A stretch of 63,842 nt of DNA, the filler included, from Octopus bimaculoides (lineage: Eukaryota), in assembly GCF_001194135.2 (NCBI RefSeq). It is 9 parts of 8 records of this genome, joined end to end, with 100 filler letters (N's around TTAATTAATTAA, not from the genome) between each part and the next. Parts side by side here need not be neighbours in the genome. Positions count along the whole stretch, not along the records: positions 1 to 17,216 come from NC_068989.1; positions 17,317 to 35,458 come from NC_068983.1; 7 more parts are not named here. One strand, 5' to 3'. Positions 14,089 through 23,926 of this stretch are shown here, piece after piece (the stretch's first letter is position 1; the number at the start of each line of letters is the position of its first letter). The translations under genes were made by a program, and so were the position numbers. A model generated the notes under the pieces. The model was not told where the DNA came from and ran no database searches. It saw nothing but the letters and a program-made list of their open reading frames with translations.

Positions 14089-14340
14089 GGAGGCGTGTGG
14101 CTTAATGGTTAGGGTGTCAGCGTCATGATTGCATGATTGAGGTTTCGATTCCTGGACCGGGCGACACGTTGTGTTCTTGAGCAAAACACTTCATTTCACG
14201 TTGCTCCAGTCCACTCAGCTGGCAAAAATGAGTAACGCTGCGATGGACTGGCGTCCCGTCCAGCTGGGGAACACATACGCCATTGAAACCGGGAAACCGG
14301 GCCCATGAACCTGGCTAGGCTTTAAACGGGTGCATTTATT
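14089..14340 (+). mobile_element. tRNA-headed CORE-like SINE (family C) with a degenerate 12-bp TSD
   Basis: A box GTGGCTTAATGG, B box GGTTTCGATTCC, CORE-like TTGAGCAAAACACTT...GCTCCAGTCCACTCAGCTG; flanked by AATAAATCCTGC (14075-86) and AATAGGTCCTGC (14351-62). Confidence 0.85.
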
Positions 14341-14914
14341 TATACTATTTAATAGGTCCTGCAACTTTTAGTTTTTATGGGGTCTTTTGGCATACTCTAG
14401 CAAGGGTGCTTGAACAGCAGAAGGTTTTCAGAGGAGAAAACCCCATCAAGACAAGTTTTTCGGCCCTTAACTTCTTACACTCTTTAACTTCTTACGGCTT
14501 TTAACGTCTTACAATGGATGCCGGGTCGAATCCAGGTCATGACGTCCGGGTGTCCTTCTGACAGTTTTTAACCACCGGGATATCGGAGACCGGTGCATTT
14601 AAGCCACTTGGAGATTTCATCTAGTTCTAATTTCTCTCCGTCGACCCAGCTTTCAAACTTATACCTATAGAATAAATAACATTTTCCCTTTGATAAAATC
14701 TGTAAAATCGCTGTCAATATTTTCACCTGATGTATCACGACAGGTCACAACTTATGCAAGGTTTTCTGTTGTGTTGATTCAACTTTCTTCGATCCTTTAG
14801 CAATAAACCAAAGAACATCCATCATGTTAAATTCTTTAGTAAGTGTCTGTATAGACTTGCCAACATCCATTGAATCTAACATAGGTTTAATGAAAAATGA
14901 GTAACATTTGGCCT

Positions 14915-15139
14915 TTATACCTTTTGTTACCATATTTCTGTTGAGATGCTCTGTTTCTTTCAATTAATTTTAAATATAGCAAAAAATTTAGTAAAATAAC
15001 TTAGTTATTAAGCTAGTGTTAGGGACATTAATTGTGACTAAGGTTCGATGGAAGATTTTCATTCAAAACTTATGAAAACAAGACATTTGTATTACAGAGC
15101 CAGAGGCGGTTTTAGCCTGGTTGGTATCGAAATGGTTAA
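14915..15139. mobile_element. TTAA-targeting piggyBac-like MITE inserted in the pogo ORF
   Basis: Ends TTATACCTTTTGTTACC and GGTATCGAAATGGTTAA are imperfect inverted repeats; removing the element restores the ttt-aag-gcc (FKA) codons. Confidence 0.7.
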
Positions 15140-15290
15140 AGTACATTATTCCTTGGTCTTGGGGTTGAATAAATGGTGTGCATAAACAAGTGATAAACCG
15201 TTACTATAGTATTCACAAAGCTTAGGTAATGGGACACTGCAGTTCAGTTTTTTTATTTCTCATGAATCGATACGGAGCTAAATTTAAGTA

Positions 15291-15612
15291 AAACAAGAGC
15301 ACAAACCTCACCAAGGCAACACCAACGTCCTCTCAACGATTAGCCAGAGATGGTTTTTAAAATATCTGAAATAAACTCTACTGCTCTCACAAACGAGAAT
15401 ACTAAAAATGAACCTGACCGCTCTCGAAAATTAAGTAAAACAACACGAAAAATAATCCAAAATCCTTGTCTGGTACAGGATCAATCCCAAAATCTAATCA
15501 GTTCGTGCCAGTCACAAGGCCAAACATCCCTGAAAGTTTCATTGGAATCCACCCAGCGGTTCTTGAGATATCTTGTCCACGGATAAACCACAACTGAAAC
15601 AACCCCTCCGCC
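15291..15612 (+). mobile_element. Non-autonomous Helentron-type (HINE/Pearl-like) element
   Basis: 5' AAACAAGAGCAC..AAACCTCACCAAGG and 3' GTTCTTGAGATATC...AACCCCTCCGCC resemble the sub-terminal motifs of these invertebrate elements (assigned from memory of the family pattern). Confidence 0.5.
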
Positions 15613-16460
15613 TATATATATGATTTGTTGAAAAATTCCTCGATGCAGTCACAATATTTGAAAAATAATTTTGTTGAATAGTAAATTTATTCATTACATT
15701 AAAAAAAATCTTAAACAAACCTCCAGATTAAAACAGATCTTATGGGAAGAAATATGTTAATCTATTTCTTTAAAGACANNNNNNNNNNNNNNNNNNNNNN
15801 NNNNNNNNNNNNNNNNNNNNNNNNNNNNNNNNNNNNNNNNNNNNNNNNNNNNNNNNNNNNNNNNNNNNNNNNNNNNNNNNNNNNNNNNNNNNNNNNNNNN
15901 NNNNNNNNNNNNNNNNNNNNNNNNNNNNNNNNNNNNNNNNNNNNNNNNNNNNNNNNNNNNNNNNNNNNNNNNNNNNNNNNNNNNNNNNNNNNNNNNNNNN
16001 NNNNNNNNNNNNNNNNNNNNNNNTATATATATACATATATATAGAAACGAGGCAATGAAATAAAAGAAAACGGTTGCCCTGTTGCCAATTCCGGTGAATG
16101 ATCCCAATTGTTGAAAAGTCTTGAAGAAGTAACGTGTCTCAGGTGGAACCAAAGAACAGCATTGGGAGTTTGTGTAATTAATTAGAAATTTCAGGTAGTC
16201 TGAATTTCTCTCAAAAGACAGAAAATAAAAGAAATATTCATCTGATGTGATTACGGGAATTGGTTTGCCAGAATGTCACGAGCATTTTCAGCTCTTTCTT
16301 TCTAACGATTTATCTTTGATGTCTGTTATTACATTGCAGTTCTTAGTTGAAGAATAAAGAATGCGAAAGAATGCGAAGGTTGTGGCAATGGAGAGTGAAA
16401 ACGAGACAATGTATTCAGACAAATGTGACATATATATACACATATATATATATGCAGCAC

Positions 16461-16503
<43 letters not shown>

Positions 16504-16585
16504 TGTGTGAGAATATGTGAGTACACACACATAGATATACACTCTCATACCTCTCTTTATTTCTTTCTTTCTTTTTTTCTTTCCT

Positions 16586-16624
<39 letters not shown>

Positions 16625-16785
16625 CTCTCTCTCTCTCTCTCCCTCTCAAATTCCCCCAAGGTCGACTTTGGTTTCCATCCTTTTCGGAGTCCATGAAATA
16701 AATACCATTTGAGCACTAAGGTTGATGTAATCGACTTATACCCACCCGAAAATTACCGGCATTGTGCCAAAATTTGAAATCAGTA

Positions 16786-16818
<33 letters not shown>

Positions 16819-17216
16819 GCCTATGCATACATAAAAGTGTTTTCATTCAAAATGGAGACGAACACCATTCCTCCATGTGATCGGCTTGAAAAATTAAGAT
16901 ATTAAGATATTTTCTAAACATGTAACCAATGGTAGCCTTAATACATGAATAAAGGAATTTTATCCACCAGTGCGGAATTGAACACTCATCCCCTGTGTTG
17001 CAGCTATTTCGACCAGTCTCCAGTCTATGGAAAACATCCTCCCGTTTTCCCAGAAGGCACAGAAGGCCTGAAAAGTACCTAATGCACACAGCCCTTTCTT
17101 CATGGTTTAAAAAATAAGTAAAATAAAATAAACCATCTTGGGAGACATTTATTCCTCATCATGTCATTTAACACCACCGAACGACAGCTAAACCAGGGTT
17201 CTTATATACATACATA

Positions 17217-17316
17217 NNNNNNNNNNNNNNNNNNNNNNNNNNNNNNNNNNNNNNNNNNNNTTAATTAATTAANNNNNNNNNNNNNNNNNNNNNNNNNNNN
17301 NNNNNNNNNNNNNNNN
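17217..17316. other. Artificial scaffold-joining linker (44N-TTAATTAATTAA-44N)
   Basis: Identical 100-bp construct also at 35459, 42352, 45842, 52367, 55538, 58166 and 61810; the 12-mer gives stops in all six frames. Confidence 0.95.
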
Positions 17317-17806
17317 TATATATATATATATGCATATATATATATATATGCATACACACACACACACACACGCACACACACATATATGTTTATATGTATA
17401 TAATCAAACCTTGATCTATATTTTGTTTTTGCAGATAAGGTTGTGTATATATTTAAAAATATAATAAAGTTCAGAGAGAAAGCAGTACATAAATAGAAAA
17501 AGATGCACTATAACACACACACAAACACACACAAACACACACACACGTACACACAACCACACACGTACGTATATGTACATATGAACATAGATATAGGTAT
17601 ACCTCGACATAGAGAGAGAAAACTGATGGGCAAGCATGTACCAAGATAGCTGGTCAGATAGATATATCTGATTAAACATTTTTATACATTTATAAGACAA
17701 CAAATTGGGAGAGACTTCAGAGAGTCAGCAAGATTAGAAAATTGCTATAATTTTAAAATCTCACAAGAGATATTCAGTAACAGTACTTTGGAATAAAGAT
17801 TATTTA

Positions 17807-18052
17807 CCAACATAACATGGCAGTCCTGTTTTAGGACGAATTTTGCTGTAATTTAGTCTCAAGGGACATCGTCTCTAGCTGGCTATACAACATGATCTGT
17901 GTCCTTATATTTTCAAACAAGCAAGGTGCTAGATTCCTGTGTTCAAAAATATAAGGATGCAGATCGTGTCGTATAGCCAGCTGGAGACGATGTCTCCTGG
18001 GGCTAAATTACAGCAACATTCGTCCTAAACCAGGACTGCCATGTTATGTTGG
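17807..18052. mobile_element. Foldback element / MITE with ~110-bp inverted arms
   Basis: CCAACATAACATGGCAGTCCTG... is mirrored by ...CAGGACTGCCATGTTATGTTGG around a short centre at ~17920-17940. Confidence 0.85.
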
Positions 18053-18191
18053 CAAAAATTTTTTGTAAGCCAGATTGTTTTGTGATCCTTGTCCCAGCGC
18101 TCTTTGTTCTGAATTCAAATACCACCAGCATGAATGTTGCTTTTCATCTTCTCAGGTAAGATAAATAAAGGAACAGTCCTATACTGGGTTC

Positions 18192-18272
<81 letters not shown>

Positions 18273-18629
18273 TCTCTCTCCCTCTCTCTCTCTCTTTCTG
18301 GGCAAAGTTAGCAATAGTTATCTCTAGAGAGAAATTGTCCCTTCCAGGTCTAAAAGTGCCCAAGACATTATTCTGTATGTTACAATAATACCCTTATAAC
18401 ACCGTCAGAAGTCAAGGGTCTTGATAACATAGCAAACATACCAAGGTTCATGTCTGTTATAGGGGAAACATGGCTAAAACAAACACATTTTTTATTTCTC
18501 TCCTGGCATTCACGTTCCACTCATGTTTATATTCATACAATTGAGACATTATTCCAGTTGGCAAGTCAGTCAGTCTGAAGCTGGGGGTCAATCACTAATA
18601 GCTGGACCTGAAGTCCTCATTTCAAATTT

Positions 18630-18951
18630 TAACACAAGACTGTTAAGCATTTTGTCTGACACACTAACAAACTGCCCAGCTTTTCACCTAAATAATAATA
18701 ATAATAATAATGATAATAATAATAATCTTTTCTACTAAAGGCACAAGGTCTGAAACTGGTGGGGAGAGGACTAGTCGATTCCATTGACCCAAGTTTTTTA
18801 CTGATACTTAATTTATCAACCCTGAAAGGATGAAAGGCAAAGTCGCCCTTGGCAGAATTTGAACTCAGAATGTAGCAGCAGACGAAATACTGCTAAGCAT
18901 TTTTCCCGATATGCTAATGATCTGCCAGCTCACTGCCTTTTTCCACCTAAC

Positions 18952-18985
<34 letters not shown>

Positions 18986-19712
18986 CCTTTCTACTACAGG
19001 AACAGGACCTGATATTTGGGGGAAGGGGTAAGTCGATTATATGGATCCCCCAGTGCATAACTGGTACTTATTAAGTCAGCCCAGAAAGGATGGAAAGCGA
19101 AGTTGACCTCTGTGGAATTTGAACTCAGAACATAATCAAGGAACCCCACTGTCTGAGGTTTCCCTGAAACCCCAAGAGCAAGTACCCGCTCCAATTCCTT
19201 CTTTCTGAGTTACAGGTCTACATTTAGAGAGGTAACATTTACCTTTGCCATTTTCGCAACTTGCACCCAATAATAATTATCATTATTTCTACGCTAGGCA
19301 TAAGGCCTTGAAAATTTTGGGGGAAAGGGGGCCAGTCGATTACATCGACCTCAGTGCATAACTGGTACTTATGTCATCAACCCTGAAAGGATGAAAGGCA
19401 AAGTCGACCTTGGCAGAACTTGAACTCAGAGCACAGTGGCAGACGAAATACCGCTAAACATTTCACCCAGCATGCTAATGATTCTGCCAGCTCGCTACCC
19501 AATAATAATAATAATCGTTTCTGCTGAAATTGTGGGGGAGAGGGGGGGCTAGTCAATTACATCGACCCCAGTATTTCACTGGTACTTGATTTATCAACCC
19601 CCCCACAAAGAGGGATGAAAGGTAAATTTAGCCTTGGTAGGATTTGAACTCAGAATATAAAGAGCCGGAACAAATACTGCAAAGCATTTCTCCTGATACT
19701 CTAAAGATTCTC
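18630..19712 (-). mobile_element. Cluster of four to five head-to-tail family B SINEs separated by (AAT)n
   Basis: Copies at ~18726-18937, 18986-19136, 19287-19497 and 19516-19710, plus a head fragment at ~18630-18690. Confidence 0.85.
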
Positions 19713-20125
19713 ATGCAGAGTGTTAAAGAGAATTTTTAAAAAAGGATTGAAAAACATGGGAAGTTTCCTGAAGTTGGGCAGCAAGAAAATTCTATTCAGC
19801 GATAAAGGAATGCAAAGCAAATGACAAACACACACACAAACACACAACACACACACACGTGCACACATGCCCACATACAAAACACACACATATAGATACC
19901 ATAAATAGAACTGAAAGGAAAGCAAGACGCGTTAATAGGTCAATGGTAGCCACACTTAACAAAACATTTACTATCTTATCAATAATACCATTGAAATTGA
20001 TGTAAAACTCAAACATTGCTGATAATAATGTTTACACGGCTCCAAAGACATGACTGCTGTTATAGCAGTCCAGGTATATAAGTATGTGTGTGTGTGTGTG
20101 TATAGGTATATTTGTGTGTGTGGGG

Positions 20126-20193
<68 letters not shown>

Positions 20194-20374
20194 ATATATA
20201 TATGTATATGTATGTATGTATGTATATATATATATATACACACACATTTCAAAGCTATATACTGTGATATAACTTTGAAATGTTGCTATTATCATAGGGT
20301 ATTTTACATATCAGCAAAAACAACATATGCATTTTATATAACAAAAAAATAACTTGCAAAAGAAAGAGAGTGAG

Positions 20375-20407
<33 letters not shown>

Positions 20408-20814
20408 AATTCTGCACGAGGCAGAATTCACACAGAGACGATGTTTCAGTTTTCTGGAATTTTCACTTCATCTCAGTTGATGTGTGTGTATGCATGCACA
20501 TACATACATACAAACATACATGCATACATAAATACGTACATACATGCATATATACATATACAGAGAGAAATATAGAGAATGTTCCTGTTATTGAATTCAT
20601 AAATAAACATTAACAAAAGGAATACCAGTGGAATATTCCTATCTAAACTTCTACCAAATGAAAGCATAACATGCCAAATATTGTCATTTTAGACAGGCCA
20701 GAAGGAAGAATGTGGTGCCATAGAGATCAGCTGTCCATCTGATATGAATCTCTCTCCGAAAATCAAAGAGAAACTGGATGACTGCAAGCAACAGCTTCAA
20801 AGCCTTCTGCTTCT

Positions 20815-21016
20815 CTATTTTTTTACTTGTTTCAGTCATTTGGCTGTGACCATGCTGGAGCGTCACCTTGAGTTGAGCAAATCGACCCCAGGACTTATTC
20901 TTTGTAAGCCTAGTGCTTAAGCTATCGGTCTCTTTTACCGATCCGCTAAGTTACGGGGACGTAAACACACCAGCATCGGTTGTGAAGCAATGTTGTGGGG
21001 ACAAATACAGACACAT

Positions 21017-21067
<51 letters not shown>

Positions 21068-21222
21068 CACATATATACGACGGGCTTCTTTCAGTTTCTG
21101 TCTACCAAATCCACTCACAAGGCTTTGTTCAAGACGCTTGTCCAAGGTGCCACGCAGTGGAACTGAACCCGGAACAATGTGTTTCGTAAGCCAGCTACTT
21201 ACCACACAGCCACTCCTACGCC
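20815..21222 (-). mobile_element. SINE family A, near full length
   Basis: Tail, body, (AC)n and head all present. Confidence 0.9.
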
Positions 21223-21924
21223 TTATAATTATTTTTATATCATATGGGTTACGATATTATGGAAATGAATAAAGAATGCATAAAAAATAATGTCGATAAT
21301 GTCATTGAATACAAAAAATACGAGGGAGAAAATATAATTAAGGAACAATCACACAAAGGAATACATGGTGAATATGGTGTGTGCTAAAATTGAATCTTTT
21401 CTTTCTTTATCCCAAATTATATTATTTTTGAAATTTTCTGATGAGTCTTTTCCATAAATTCTTGCTCAATGGGAGAACATTAAGGTGATCCCATCTCAAC
21501 TCAAGTAGATTATAAAGATTATTTTCTATCTCACCTTCAGACTCTCTCTCTCTCTTCTTAAGACTTGAGAGACAGACAGGTTAAATAACATAGGAATTGA
21601 CCCTCGGTCTAGATAAACTGACCATGGTGATTATTAGCAGGTGCAGCTTATATTGGAAGTCTATCCTTGGGTGGAATTTACCTAGAACCATACAGCACGC
21701 ACCTAGCACATCTGGAATATACGTCTCTGCAAGGATCATATTGTATAAAGTGTCTTTCTTTTTGTTGTTGTTCTGAACTAGCAGACTACGTCAAAGCAAT
21801 CCCATTAATGACCAACCTGTGTTTTTTTCATTACATTGCACAAAGTATCTTCTCTCGTTGGCTGTAAGAGCATGTGTACATGTGAGTGTACAGATGACTG
21901 CATGCATATATGCATATATATATA

Positions 21925-21977
<53 letters not shown>

Positions 21978-22026
21978 TGCGCACACACACGCACACACAC
22001 ACACACATACACACACACACACATAT

Positions 22027-22118
22027 AAAAGCAGCAGAAATATAACAAAAGCTGTTTGATGGGCGTGAAACTCTGAGTAACTCTGAGTAACAGCTTTTGT
22101 TATATTTCTGCTGCTTTT
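22027..22118 (+). ncRNA. Perfect 30-bp hairpin enclosing a decayed type I hammerhead-like core
   Basis: Arms 22027-56 and 22089-118 are exact reverse complements; the loop holds TGATG..GAAACTCTGAGTA with a duplicated ACTCTGAGTA. Confidence 0.5.
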
Positions 22119-23392
22119 CAATAAAGCATATTACTCTACCTCTGGTATTTGAGTACTCTTCTTTCCACCTTGTTGCACATTTATGTGCTTGCTTCGGTAT
22201 ATATACATATACATATATATATATATGAGGCCTCAATCAAAGCAATTGCACATGACCAACCTGTCTTTTTTATATTAGGGGATACAATGTCCAATGTCCA
22301 TTCTTTTTTGCAATAAAAATGAGTGATTTTTAGGCGGAGTTCTTTGCTATTTTATCAAATTGTTTTGCACATACCAATTGCAAATGCGATGCAGTTTGTC
22401 TAGGTTTACATAATTCTTTACAAAGATGAAATATTTTTTATTAGCAAAGTACAAAAAGAGTTTCAGTGCAAAGAAAAATGTTTATCATGATAAGAGAATA
22501 TTGCTTTTTTTTTTTTTTTTATAATTGAATTCCATAGAAAACACAAAAGAAGCCATTACTATTATTTTGTAAAGAAAATCATACGACTACCTATGAGATG
22601 ATGAAAAACACTGATGTAATTATTTTTTTCTCCTCTGCTTCGAATCATTCCTGTAATATAATGCAGTGAGAATATGAGCTCTGTATGACTTCTAGTATTA
22701 TCATGACATTATGTATCATGTGCATGTGTGTGTGTGTGTGGGGGGGGTGAACAGAGGCATCATGAACAGTCAACTTAATCTCAGTATTGTCTTCCAATAT
22801 AGACNNNNNNNNNNNNNNNNNNNNNNNNNNNNNNNNNNNNNNNNNNNNNNNNNNNNNNNNNNNNNNNNNNNNNNNNNNNNNNNNNNNNNNNNNNNNNNNN
22901 NNNNNNNNNNNNNNNNNNNNNNNNNNNNNNNNNNNNNNNNNNNNNNNNNNNNNNNNNNNNNNNNNNNNNNNNNNNNNNNNNNNNNNNNNNNNNNNNNNNN
23001 NNNNNNNNNNNNNNNNNNNNNNNNNNNNNNNNNNNNNNNNNNNNNNNNNNNNNNNNNNNNNNNNNNNNNNNNNNNNNNNNNNNNNNNNNNNNNNNNNNNN
23101 NNNNNNNNNNNNNNNNNNNNNNNNNNNNNNNNNNNNNNNNNNNNNNNNNNNNNNNNNNNNNNNNNNNNNNNNNNNNNNNNNNNNNNNNNNNNNNNNNNNN
23201 NNNNNNNNNNNNNNNNNNNNNNNNNNNNNNNNNNNNNNNNNNNNNNNNNNNNNNNNNNNNNNNNNNNNNNNNNNNNNNNNNNNNNNNNNNNNNNNNNNNN
23301 NNNNNNNNNNNNNNNNNNNNNNNNNNNNNNNNNNNNNNNNNNNNNNNNNNNNNNNNNNNNNNNNNNNNNNNNNNNNNNNNNNNNNNNNNNNN

Positions 23393-23429
<37 letters not shown>

Positions 23430-23446
23430 CGTATATATATATATAT

Positions 23447-23908
23447 GATAGGCTTCTTTCAGTTTCCATCTAACAGATCCACTCACAAGGCTTTGGTCGG
23501 ACCGAGGCTATAGTAAAAGACACTTGCCCAAGGCGCTATGCAGTGGGACTGAACCCGGAACCATGTGGTTGGTATCCAAGCTACTTACCACACAGCCACT
23601 CCTGCACCTATGTATATGTATATTATATGAATGTATATTCTTTTATTCTTTTATTTGTTTCAGCATTTTACTGTGGCCATGCTGGAGCACTGCCTTGAAG
23701 GATTTTAGTCGAACAAATCAACCCCAAGACTTATTTTTGTTAAGCCTAGTACTTATTCTATTGGTCTCTTTTGCCACTTAGGGAGATGTAAACACACCAA
23801 CACTGGTGATGATGGTAGGTGGGGGACAAATACAGATACACACACACACACTCACATGCACACACACACTCACATATATGATAAGCCTCTTTCAGTTTCC
23901 AGCTACCA
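23447..23908 (-). mobile_element. Two adjacent family A SINE pieces
   Basis: Head half at 23447-23608 and a second tail/body at 23638-23908. Confidence 0.85.
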
Positions 23909-23926
23909 AATATATTTATTTGTAGA

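Larger units (their letters stand above)
13770..15200 (-). pseudogene. Decayed pogo/Tigger (DDE_1) transposase, interrupted by several insertions
   Basis: Minus strand CTPFIQPQDQGIMYF (15140-15180) resumes after a MITE as KAKCY...MLDSMD...KEFNMMDVLWFIAK...KWLKC, matching the pogo-family QP(M/L)DQGII..FKA.Y region; stops and frameshifts throughout. Confidence 0.7.

Noticed and set aside
14089-14165. Functional tRNA genes at SINE heads (also 61077, 42745)
   Set aside because: A and B boxes are present but there is no intact cloverleaf, and each runs into SINE or repeat body sequence.
16030-16215. Open minus frame after a strong polypyrimidine acceptor (NSDYLKFLINYTNSQCC...)
   Set aside because: No credible donor site; the frame runs into a TA repeat and a gap.
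16847-17089. 80-aa minus-strand ORF and alternative plus frames
   Set aside because: Several equally plausible short frames, none recognisable.
17261-17272. Recurrent TTAATTAATTAA as a biological motif
   Set aside because: Always centred in exactly 44+44 Ns; it is an artificial linker.
21375-21410. CTGATGA hammerhead core (also at 40670, 45474, 47246 and 62200)
   Set aside because: No stem II plus GAAA follows.
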